DNA of 64,000 nt from Candidatus Gottesmanbacteria bacterium GW2011_GWA2_43_14 (GTDB taxonomy: Bacteria > Patescibacteriota > Microgenomatia > 2-02-FULL-39-11): positions 74,230 to 138,229 of the forward strand of contig LCFP01000001.1 in the NCBI GenBank assembly GCA_000999095.1, written 5' to 3'. Of the stretch, positions 29,212 to 37,345 are shown piece after piece. Position numbers and translations under genes: made by a program. The notes below the pieces were generated by a model that saw only the letters and a program-made list of their open reading frames with translations, had not been told where the DNA came from and did not search any database. Within the stretch, counting starts at the first letter, position 1, and every line of letters begins with the position of its first letter.

Positions 29212-29610
29212 CTAGCCGTTGTCTATCTGCCTCCGATACTCCTCCCAAATATTTTTATTCCATATTTCAAAGTGGTCTCCTGCTCCCTTGACTAATACCT
29301 GCTCTTCTATACCGGCATATTCCATCATTCTCTCCGGTATAATGAATCTGCCCTGGCTGTCCAGTTCGACGTTGATGGCATCGGCAAACATTTTTCTTCG
29401 TAAATCCCGGCCTTCCTTGTCACTGAACAGCGGTCTTGAAAGTTCAGGCTCTGTTGTCTTTTCCCAGGCTTTTTCAGTAAAGCCGAAAATGCATTTTTCG
29501 AAACCGATCGTCAGGACCAGCCTTTTACCTCCAAGCTCTTCCCTGATCTTTTTCGGCAGGGCAAGCCTGCCCTTCTCCATCAGATTCGGCTCAAATGTAC
29601 CAAGAAACAT
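29212..29610 (-). CDS. mraZ: Transcriptional regulator MraZ
   Basis: 132 aa. Duplicated MraZ fold (MFLGTFEPNLMEKGRLALPKKIREEL ... second DxxGRxxIP repeat). First gene of the dcw operon. Confidence 0.9.
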   Translation of the reverse strand: MFLGTFEPNLMEKGRLALPKKIREELGGKRLVLTIGFEKCIFGFTEKAWEKTTEPELSRPLFSDKEGRDLRRKMFADAINVELDSQGRFIIPERMMEYAGIEEQVLVKGAGDHFEIWNKNIWEEYRRQIDNG

Positions 29611-29612
29611 AA

Positions 29613-29652
29613 TTTTCTACACTTTTCACCATTTTTCTACACTTTTCACCAT
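29613..29652 (-). promoter_or_regulatory. Perfect tandem 20-bp direct repeat (2 copies) between the putative promoter and the mraZ start codon. Candidate MraZ operator.
   Basis: ttttctacacttttcaccat occurs twice back to back on the plus strand. On the coding strand this reads ATGGTGAAAAGTGTAGAAAA x2, with GTGnAAAA-like sub-repeats about every 10 bp. It lies in the 5' leader of mraZ. Confidence 0.55.
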
Positions 29653-29660
29653 TCAATTAC

Positions 29661-29689
29661 ATAATGATACAAAAAAATACACCTGTCAA
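29661..29689 (-). promoter_or_regulatory. Putative sigma70-type promoter of the mraZ/dcw operon
   Basis: On the minus strand: TTGACA (29689..29684), a 17-nt spacer, then CATTAT (29666..29661). Located about 50 nt upstream of the mraZ ATG, directly upstream of the tandem repeats. Confidence 0.45.
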
Positions 29690-29727
29690 GAGGGATCGGT
29701 AAGAAAAAAGTGAGAATTTCGAAGTGA

Positions 29728-31329
29728 TTACTTCAGACCGAGGATGACGACGGCGTCGGCCTCATCGTCTTCAGGCAGAGTTTCGACTTTTTCAGTTGAA
29801 AATTTATCCTTAAGATCGCCGATAAGTAGCGGCAGATAGTTCTTTTTGCTGTCTTTTATGCGGATAATCGTTTCGGCGGCATCTTCTTCGGCGTTGCCGA
29901 CCGTCCCTATCGTATAACCTGATTCCTCAAGGCTGTCGGCATTTTGCCTGGCAATACCTGAGGTATCAGTACCGTTCAATACGGAAACAGTCAGATCTTC
30001 TTTTTTCAGGTCAGGGTCAATTGTCGGGGTCGGGGTTAAAGTCGGCACAGGAGACGGTGAAGGAGTGGCTGTCGGTTGGCTGACGAAAGGCAGGTTGACA
30101 GAACCTCCCCTGGCCATTACCAGGTAGCCGCCGACGGTTAGTAAACCGATAGCCAAGGCGATCACAAACCAAATGTATTTGCTGAATGATCCCGATCTGC
30201 TCGATCCTTTAAATTCGGTGATACTGTCGGCAACCAACGGCGGTTCTTCAACGACAGGCACTGTTTCTTTTTCTTTTTCTTCTGTCTCGATTTTGAGAGG
30301 CACGGCGACCGGTTTTTCCTCTTTTTCAACTACCTCAATTGTTTCCATGACCGGTTTAGTCTCTGCGGTTTGTGTATCAACAGCCCCGGCCGTCGTCTTC
30401 TGGTATCTTTCTTCGATAATTTTCAAGTCGGAAGCAAAATTGGGAACATCAGCAAGCTTTGTCAGATTTGCCAGGCCGATGGTTTTATCGAAATAAAATA
30501 AAGGCACTCCGCCTGTGTCTATCTTCTCCTTGCTTTCCTTTTGGATTTCTTCTATCAAATGGCTCATTTTGACAACCGGTACAGCCAGGGATTCGCTTAA
30601 ATCCTCGGTTTTTGATTCCAGCGATTTTTCACCTGAAATGATGATTTTCGACGGGTGGTGCTTCTCCTCCTCAAGCTTTTTTAATACCGTTTTGATATCA
30701 GCAGACACTCCTTTACCCGCAGACTTACGGTTGAAAACTGTTACCGGCCCTTCATGGTCCAGGAGATAATACCTTTCATACTTGTCCAAATCAGCATAAA
30801 GATAAGTTTCACCTTCACTGATTTTGGTACGCAAAAGGGCATAGACCGAGAATGGGGCAACGGAAAGAAAATTTATTTTCATTTTTTCCTGGCTGAACAG
30901 GTGGTGGTATGACAATATCAGGGAAAGGGGAAGCGCTGTAAAGAGGATAGTTTTACCGGTACGGCCGTCTATTTCCTTGAAGTAACTTTCATAATGGGAG
31001 ATATCCTGTGGCAGATAGTTTTTCGCCTGGGATATGATCCATTCCGGTGTTACTTTTACCTCGCTGTTAACAGGCAGGCGTTTAATGATCACCTGATCTC
31101 CCGGCAGAACCAGCGACAGCTGGTTATCTTTTATCTCTTTAGGATATGCGGTGACCAAAGCTTCACGGAAGGCTGTAACTAATCCTTTTGCATCGGAGAT
31201 CAGTCCGTATTCAAGGACTTTTTCTTTAAAGAGTTTCCTTGAAACAGCAATGAATTTCTCGTCGGAGACAAGTCCTTTTTTTGTCTCCAGAAGTTCCAAT
31301 GATTGGTCAGTCAGACTTATGTAAAGCAT
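29728..31329 (-). CDS. Hypothetical bitopic membrane protein with an actin-like (PilM/FtsA-like) N-terminal region, a Pro/Thr-rich linker and a C-terminal LytR_C domain
   Basis: 533 aa with one TM helix (YIWFVIALAIGLLTVGGYLVMA). PT-rich linker (QPTATPSPSPVPTLTPTPT). The C-terminus LTVSVLNGTDTSGIARQNADSLEESGYTIGTVGNA matches LytR_C (LytR cell-envelope-related C-terminal domain). Assignment of the N-terminal fold is tentative. Confidence 0.5.
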   Translation of the reverse strand: MLYISLTDQSLELLETKKGLVSDEKFIAVSRKLFKEKVLEYGLISDAKGLVTAFREALVTAYPKEIKDNQLSLVLPGDQVIIKRLPVNSEVKVTPEWIISQAKNYLPQDISHYESYFKEIDGRTGKTILFTALPLSLILSYHHLFSQEKMKINFLSVAPFSVYALLRTKISEGETYLYADLDKYERYYLLDHEGPVTVFNRKSAGKGVSADIKTVLKKLEEEKHHPSKIIISGEKSLESKTEDLSESLAVPVVKMSHLIEEIQKESKEKIDTGGVPLFYFDKTIGLANLTKLADVPNFASDLKIIEERYQKTTAGAVDTQTAETKPVMETIEVVEKEEKPVAVPLKIETEEKEKETVPVVEEPPLVADSITEFKGSSRSGSFSKYIWFVIALAIGLLTVGGYLVMARGGSVNLPFVSQPTATPSPSPVPTLTPTPTIDPDLKKEDLTVSVLNGTDTSGIARQNADSLEESGYTIGTVGNAEEDAAETIIRIKDSKKNYLPLLIGDLKDKFSTEKVETLPEDDEADAVVILGLK

Positions 31330-31354
31330 TTTTTTACTTACTTTTAAAAGTTTA

Positions 31355-31807
31355 TCACAAATTATAACTTTTTTGAAAGACTGAGATTCCTCCGGTGCCT
31401 GTGAATTTCAAAGACAAATCTATTTTCTCAACTCCAGTATCATAAACACACTTGCCGCTGGAACAGGTTCCTAAAACTATATCATCCCTGGTAACCTCTT
31501 CCTCGCCTTCATCCAGCTTGATTTCCCCTAAAACGCCTCTGGGGAGGTCATTTCCGGTGACATAAGTCAGCTCGTACTCTATGACACTTGTCCCGGCCGG
31601 AATTCCCGATATTTTGAGGGTAATTGATCTGTTGCCGTTTAAGGGGATGACTTCTACTTTTACGTCGTCGGTCACTGTCGGCAGGATAGCTGTCGGAGTC
31701 GGTATCAGTTCGGTTTGTGCTTGGGGTTGGCTGTTTTTCCGCAAAAGCATAATTCCTCCCCCCAAAACCAGAATTAAAACAATGGCAACTATAAATGCCC
31801 TTTTCAT
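31355..31807 (-). CDS. Hypothetical small secreted or membrane-anchored protein
   Basis: 150 aa. N-terminal signal/TM helix followed by a Pro/Thr-rich stretch. No recognisable domain. Confidence 0.4.
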   Translation of the reverse strand: MKRAFIVAIVLILVLGGGIMLLRKNSQPQAQTELIPTPTAILPTVTDDVKVEVIPLNGNRSITLKISGIPAGTSVIEYELTYVTGNDLPRGVLGEIKLDEGEEEVTRDDIVLGTCSSGKCVYDTGVEKIDLSLKFTGTGGISVFQKSYNL

Positions 31808-33093
31808 GATTGCAGTTGCTTTTTCAGATAATCAGCTAATTTCCGGTATTTAACTCTTTCCTGAACGGCTGTATCACGATCCCTGACTGTGACTGTTTCA
31901 TCTTCAAGTGTATCATAGTCAATTGTGATGCACCAGGGAGTGCCGATTTCATCCTGGGAGTAATATCTTTTGCCGATATTTCCCCGGTCATCGAAAACCG
32001 CAGGCAGTTCTTTTTTTATTTCAAGGTAGATTTCCCTGGCTTTAGAAACGAGCTGTTCCTTATTGGAAACGAGCGGAAAAACAGCGGCTTTATAGGGAGA
32101 TAGACGGGGGGAAAGTCCCAGAACGGTCCTTTTGCCGTCCTCACGGTAGGCATCCGACATCAGGGAAAAAAGCAGCCTGTCCACTCCAACAGAAGGCTCG
32201 ATGACATAAGGAGTCAAGATGTTTCCCCCATCAGCATCCTTATAATTCAGCGCTTTTCCGGAATATCGGCTGTGCTGTTTAAGGTCGAAATCGCTCCTTC
32301 TGGCGATACCCCAGATTTCAGACCAACCAAAGGGAAATTGGTATTCTATATCGGTTGTGCCCTTGGAATAATGGGCTAACTTCTCTTTAGGATGGTCGTA
32401 ATAACGCAGGTTTTTCCTCTTCAATCCCAATTTAGACAGAAAATCAAGACAAAACTCCTTCCAGTAAATAAATTGTTCCTCATCTGATTCGGGGTAGATA
32501 AAATATTCCAGCTCCATCTGTTCGAATTCCCGGCTTCTGAAAATGAATTTCCCGGGGGTGATTTCATTGCGGAAAGCCTTGCCTATCTGCGCGATACCGA
32601 AAGGCAATTTCGGGTGGAAGGTATCCTGGATATTATCAAAATTAACAAAAATTGCCTGGGCAGTTTCACCCCTCAGGTAGGTTAAGGCCGTCTCATCTTC
32701 TACCGGACCTATAAAGGTTTTTACCAGAATATTGAATTTCTTCTCTTTATCCAGTTTCTCCCCGCAGACTGGACACTTGTTTTCATTTAAATCTTCCGAC
32801 CGGAAACGGCGGTGGCAGCCGGTGCATTCCCTCAAAGGATCGGCAAATCCGCTGCCTGTATGTCCTGACGCCTCCCAGATACGCGGATTCATGATGATTG
32901 AAGCGTCCAAACCGAAAACATCATCGCGTTTTTCGACAAACTCCTGCCACCACAGTTCTTTAATATTATTCTTAAGAGCTACCCCCAACGGCCCGAAATC
33001 CCAAAATCCGCCGAAACCGCCGTAGATTTCACTGGAGGGAAAAACAAACCCCCGTCTCTTGGCCAGACTGACGATTTTATCCATGTTATTCAT
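31804..33093 (-). CDS. glyQS: Glycyl-tRNA synthetase (class II, dimeric GlyQS type)
   Basis: 429 aa. N-terminus IVSLAKRRGFVFPSSEIYGGFGGFWDFGPLG is the hallmark of alpha2-type GlyRS. Confidence 0.85.
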   Translation of the reverse strand: MNNMDKIVSLAKRRGFVFPSSEIYGGFGGFWDFGPLGVALKNNIKELWWQEFVEKRDDVFGLDASIIMNPRIWEASGHTGSGFADPLRECTGCHRRFRSEDLNENKCPVCGEKLDKEKKFNILVKTFIGPVEDETALTYLRGETAQAIFVNFDNIQDTFHPKLPFGIAQIGKAFRNEITPGKFIFRSREFEQMELEYFIYPESDEEQFIYWKEFCLDFLSKLGLKRKNLRYYDHPKEKLAHYSKGTTDIEYQFPFGWSEIWGIARRSDFDLKQHSRYSGKALNYKDADGGNILTPYVIEPSVGVDRLLFSLMSDAYREDGKRTVLGLSPRLSPYKAAVFPLVSNKEQLVSKAREIYLEIKKELPAVFDDRGNIGKRYYSQDEIGTPWCITIDYDTLEDETVTVRDRDTAVQERVKYRKLADYLKKQLQS

Positions 33094-33602
33094 CTTAAAC
33101 TGCGCTTAATTTTTGTCAAGAGAGGCAAACTCCTGATTTCTTTTTCCATAACTTCTTCCAGGGCGCGGTTCAGTTTGTCTCCGGACAAGTCAGCGGTTTG
33201 CGGCTGATAACCTAACTTTTTCAGCAAATCCAGGCAGAAATTATCACCGACTGTCTCGGCTTCTGACTTTTCATCGTTTAATTTTCTGAAAGCCATCAAA
33301 AGCGCATCAAATACTTCAAAATGGGCCTCATTCTCAGGTAACAGCCGGTCACAGATTTCCGTCAGCTTGTAAGCCATGCCGATTCTGTTAAGGCGTGTTC
33401 TTAAGAATTCAAATCCGTGGTAAGATTCAACATCGGTGATTATATTAAATGTCCGGCCGGCGGTCAGAAACAGTTTGACATGTTGGAAAAGGTCAAGATA
33501 GGGCGCTCTGCGGCTGGTTATTTTCCTTAGACCCGGTGCTTTGACCGTTATTCGTCCGAATTCCCTGGTAACCACAGTCAGCCTGACATCAGCCTCACCC
33601 AT
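33090..33602 (-). CDS. recO: DNA repair protein RecO (short form; start uncertain)
   Basis: 170 aa from the ATG. RecO-like N-terminal OB strands (VRLTVVTREFGRITVKAPG). recO-glyQ synteny is common. The in-frame upstream extension (…AIVIRKIK-M…) also looks RecO-like, so the true start may be a non-ATG codon upstream. Confidence 0.55.
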   Translation of the reverse strand: MGEADVRLTVVTREFGRITVKAPGLRKITSRRAPYLDLFQHVKLFLTAGRTFNIITDVESYHGFEFLRTRLNRIGMAYKLTEICDRLLPENEAHFEVFDALLMAFRKLNDEKSEAETVGDNFCLDLLKKLGYQPQTADLSGDKLNRALEEVMEKEIRSLPLLTKIKRSLR

Positions 33603-33649
33603 CTTTATTTTACGGATGACTATAGCTTCTGCAGTGAAAAATTTAGGTT

Positions 33650-35563
33650 TCAGTTAAATGACAGCTCTGTATCGCTATTCAGGATAATCTTCTGTTCCTG
33701 TCCGTCAACGCTTACCGTATACTCATGGTCCTGGGTGCCGGGTTGCTTCTGGATAAATAGCTTATTCCCGCTCTTTGGGGTTTTATAACTGATTTTTACC
33801 TCGGTTGAACCCTGAGGTTTAACCGTTAAAAATCCTTCAAAAACGGTTTTACCCAATTCATCATAAGTCAGGGTCTTTTTTTCGCTGCCTGTAAATTCCA
33901 CCAGGGTTGAGCCTTTGGGTACATAGATACGCAGCCAGTTGCGCAGGATGCCGTTCAGACAGAGCTGTCCTGCCTCGAGATTGCAGTTGGAGGCTTCCGC
34001 CGGATTCTTATAATTCAGCGTTAATGTCTGGGTTGTCCCCTCTCCTTCGTTTTTAATTTCCCTTTTGACAAAATGGCGGACAAACAGATTGGACTTGGCG
34101 CCGGCAAAGTTGACGTTGTTGATGTGCAAATAATCACCGCCATAATCTTTGATGCGTCCGCCGAAATTCAGGGCCTCGATGCCTTTTTGCGGCTCGTCAT
34201 CCTTGAAATAAAATAATAAATGCTTTTGCCCGGCTTCCTCCAAAAACATTTGCGAGAGCTTTCCCCAATATTGCGAGGGGGATACACCCAAAGCCCTCTG
34301 CATAATCTGGTAAAGCAAAGTCCCGATGATGCCCTTTCTGTCTTCACGGATGAAAGCAACCGGCCGGGTGGCATAATCTTCCAATTCATATATTGCTCTG
34401 GGACAGTCGCACCTTTTATCAATCTCCGCTGAAAATTGCCGGCCGTCGATATTAAATTCCCCTAAAATTTTAATGGTGGAAACCAAAACATGGGTATCCA
34501 GGGCGATGATACCCTGATATTCTCCCAGTTCGACGGAACTGTCCGCCAGCAGTTTTTCAAAGGCATTCATCGAAACATTGAAATCTGGTGACAGATTGCT
34601 GTCCCTTAACTGGAAATTAGGAACGTCTTTATGGTAGAGGGCGATTTTATCCGGCGCCGGAAAACTCTTTTTCTTAGCTTCATCCAATTTATAGATGTCA
34701 TCAGACCGTTCAACCGTCAGCTTGCCTTTGTCTATTTTGAAGATGGCAAATGCCGTCATGAAACCGCCTGTTGCCCGAAGCTCGGCGTCATTTTGGAAAA
34801 TCACCAAATAGCGTTGGCTCTCCCGGTTACCCATGAGTTTCGGCAGATTTTTCAATAAAGGCCGGGCTTCAACAAAAAGAGAGGCGGTTTCTTTAAAAAG
34901 GCTTTTTCCGGACACCAGCCGCTCACGGATAACCGTGGCACCGATTTTTTCGGGATAACGGCCTGGATCCACCTTTTCAAACTCTTTTTCAGCCAAAGAA
35001 ATTTTATCGGCAATTTTGTCAATTGACGGGACAATCTTATCCATTGTTTCGACTGCTGTTTTTATCCTGTCGTCGGCTGAGCCGGATACAAAAGTAGATT
35101 TACCTTTCAATCCGAGCAGATCAGCATAAGGGACCAGGGTGTCCACGGTGATTTGGGCTGCTTCAACCGAAAGGATGCCTCCCTCAACCATGGCAGCAGC
35201 GTCTTTTTGGTAGTTGCCGACAAAGGGTATAAAAGACACTGGTTTCAAAACCCTGATTCCCTCCGAGACATCATCCAGACTGTCTTTAAGTTCGGAAAGT
35301 TTCGGCTGCAGATTTTCAATATCCTGTTTTTTACCCGCATCATAGACCTGACCGGCTATTGTGGCGGACTTCTTTACGGAAGCTTGAAGTTTGCTGAGGG
35401 GTGAATACAAAAGCAGTGCCGGTACAATTATAATGACGAAAAACAGCAGGCCGGCCACCAGTAAAATTTTTTTTGCGCGTAGACTTTTTCGGCCGTTTGT
35501 GACTTTGGCGGCAACCGGGGTATTTGCTGTAAAACCTATTTTTTTGAAACCGTAAGTTTCCAT
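33650..35563 (-). CDS. Large hypothetical membrane-anchored extracytoplasmic protein (possibly DUF4012-like)
   Basis: 637 aa. One N-terminal TM helix (ILLVAGLLFFVIIIVPALLLY) followed by about 580 aa of predicted extracytoplasmic sequence. No catalytic motif recognised. Confidence 0.4.
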   Translation of the reverse strand: METYGFKKIGFTANTPVAAKVTNGRKSLRAKKILLVAGLLFFVIIIVPALLLYSPLSKLQASVKKSATIAGQVYDAGKKQDIENLQPKLSELKDSLDDVSEGIRVLKPVSFIPFVGNYQKDAAAMVEGGILSVEAAQITVDTLVPYADLLGLKGKSTFVSGSADDRIKTAVETMDKIVPSIDKIADKISLAEKEFEKVDPGRYPEKIGATVIRERLVSGKSLFKETASLFVEARPLLKNLPKLMGNRESQRYLVIFQNDAELRATGGFMTAFAIFKIDKGKLTVERSDDIYKLDEAKKKSFPAPDKIALYHKDVPNFQLRDSNLSPDFNVSMNAFEKLLADSSVELGEYQGIIALDTHVLVSTIKILGEFNIDGRQFSAEIDKRCDCPRAIYELEDYATRPVAFIREDRKGIIGTLLYQIMQRALGVSPSQYWGKLSQMFLEEAGQKHLLFYFKDDEPQKGIEALNFGGRIKDYGGDYLHINNVNFAGAKSNLFVRHFVKREIKNEGEGTTQTLTLNYKNPAEASNCNLEAGQLCLNGILRNWLRIYVPKGSTLVEFTGSEKKTLTYDELGKTVFEGFLTVKPQGSTEVKISYKTPKSGNKLFIQKQPGTQDHEYTVSVDGQEQKIILNSDTELSFN

Positions 35564-36223
35564 CTATACAGCTCCCTTTCCGCTGATCATGGCCCAGGGA
35601 GTAACCATAAGAATTTTAATATCATACCATAAGGAGCGGTGGTCGACATAATCGGCATCCATAGCGATTCTTTTGTCAAAATTAACGGCACTTCTGCCTG
35701 AAACCTGCCAATAACCGGTTATGCCCGGTTTAATTGACAGAACTTTTGAGACTTTGGTCTTTGTAGCCGGATATTTGCGCTGCTGGTTAGCCAGTTCGTC
35801 CGGATAATAAGCGCGCGGTCCGACCAAAGTCATATCACCGACTATGACATTGATCAGTTGGGGAATTTCATCGAGGGAGTGTTTCCTGAGGAATTTCCCC
35901 AATCGGGTAACTCTGGGGTCCTCCTGCAGTTTATAGCTGTTTTTTTTATACTTTAGGTAAAGACTTCTTAAGTTGGGATCATTTCTTAACATCATATGGG
36001 CATTGACCACCATGGAGCGGAATTTATACATTTTAAACAGTTTGCCGTCCTGTCCGACCCTCTCCGGAGTATCGGCAAATATCGGCCCGGCAGAATCAAG
36101 CTTGATGATAACCGCCAGAACCAAACCAACCGGCAGGAAAATTATTCCCAAAATGACGGCCAGTACCATGTCAAGCCATCTTTTTAAATATAAATCGTAA
36201 GTCCTGCCTTTAAATAACGGCAT
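35564..36223 (-). CDS. Polyprenyl-phosphate phosphoglycosyl transferase (small bacterial sugar-transferase family, PglC/WbaP C-domain type). Initiating enzyme of the glycan pathway.
   Basis: 219 aa. One N-terminal re-entrant helix, then KRWLDMVLA...SAGPIF...KFRSM...DEIPQL...GDMTLVGPR, the canonical motifs of PF02397. Confidence 0.85.
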   Translation of the reverse strand: MPLFKGRTYDLYLKRWLDMVLAVILGIIFLPVGLVLAVIIKLDSAGPIFADTPERVGQDGKLFKMYKFRSMVVNAHMMLRNDPNLRSLYLKYKKNSYKLQEDPRVTRLGKFLRKHSLDEIPQLINVIVGDMTLVGPRAYYPDELANQQRKYPATKTKVSKVLSIKPGITGYWQVSGRSAVNFDKRIAMDADYVDHRSLWYDIKILMVTPWAMISGKGAV

Positions 36224-36241
36224 AAGTCAAATGATTGCCAA

Positions 36242-37345
36242 TTAAACCAAATGTTCGTTTTCTGAGTGCGAGAGGCTTTCCACCAGTTTTTTAATTTTGG
36301 GAACGGAATTTTTATGGCAGACCAAAACCACATCGCGGGTATTGATAACCAAGTGTCCTTCAAGGTCGATCGTGACCAGAAGTTGGTCGGTATAATTATA
36401 TATAAGGGAATCTGAACAATCGGTAACAACTACTTTGCCTTTAACCACATTTTTGTCAGCCCCAGTCTGCAGGGCTTCTTTGAGGGCTTCCCAGGCACCG
36501 ACATCGCTCCAACCCAAATCTTCACTGACCACTAGCCCTTCATCTGCTTCAATTTTTTCCAGAATGGCATTATCAAAAGAAAGCTTTGTCAGGCGGGGGT
36601 ATGATTTTTCCAATTGCGATGTGAATTGTCTGCTGCCGTAGCTTTCCTCGAGCAGGTCCATTTCCCTTGCCATCTCGGGTTGAAATTTCCGGAATTGAGT
36701 TTTCAGGTACGCCGGTGTGGTCACAAAATATCCGGTATTCCAGCCGTAGCTCCCGCTTTTAAAATAGACGGCAGCTTCAGTCAGGTCCGGACGGTATTTA
36801 AATCCCTGAAACTGCCGGAAAGATATTCCGTTGGCTGAGGTTTTCTCCTTGCCGTATTTTATCCAGCCTAAATTCTGGCTGGCAAACCTGGGCTTTTGAG
36901 TTATAAAAATAATTCTCTGCTTTTTATCTTCTATTTGTTTGCGGCTTTCATTGAGGATTTTTTTAAAAAGGTCCTGCTTTTTTATAATATGGTCGCTCCA
37001 AAGTATGACTATGGGAGTATGAGCATGACGGTGGTGCAATATGGCGGTAACCAGGGCGACTGCCGGACCGACATCCCTGGCTTCCGGCTCACCTAAAATA
37101 TTTTTATCGTTAAGCTGCGGCAACTGCTTTTTAACCTGTGGCACATATTTTTTATTGGTGGAGATATAAATATCATCCCAGGCGAAATCAGGAACCAAGC
37201 GCTCAATCGACAACTGCAGTGTCGATTTGTCGCCTATTACCTTTTCAAACTGTTTGGGAGAGCTTCTCCTTGATAGCGGCCAAAGCCTGGTACCGACCCC
37301 GCCGGCAAAAATTATTGCTTTCATACCGATTGTTCTTTCCTCCAT
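36242..37345 (-). CDS. manC: Mannose-1-phosphate guanylyltransferase (GDP-mannose pyrophosphorylase)
   Basis: 367 aa. MKAIIFAGGVGTRLWPLSRRSSPKQF matches the ManC/CpsB N-terminus. The start is probably at the internal M8. Confidence 0.75.
   Translation of the reverse strand: MEERTIGMKAIIFAGGVGTRLWPLSRRSSPKQFEKVIGDKSTLQLSIERLVPDFAWDDIYISTNKKYVPQVKKQLPQLNDKNILGEPEARDVGPAVALVTAILHHRHAHTPIVILWSDHIIKKQDLFKKILNESRKQIEDKKQRIIFITQKPRFASQNLGWIKYGKEKTSANGISFRQFQGFKYRPDLTEAAVYFKSGSYGWNTGYFVTTPAYLKTQFRKFQPEMAREMDLLEESYGSRQFTSQLEKSYPRLTKLSFDNAILEKIEADEGLVVSEDLGWSDVGAWEALKEALQTGADKNVVKGKVVVTDCSDSLIYNYTDQLLVTIDLEGHLVINTRDVVLVCHKNSVPKIKKLVESLSHSENEHLV

Noticed and set aside
36184-36429. 81-aa minus-strand ORF
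   Set aside because: It overlaps the 3' end of the ManC gene and the start of the PGT gene in another frame. The region is better explained by those two motif-bearing genes.
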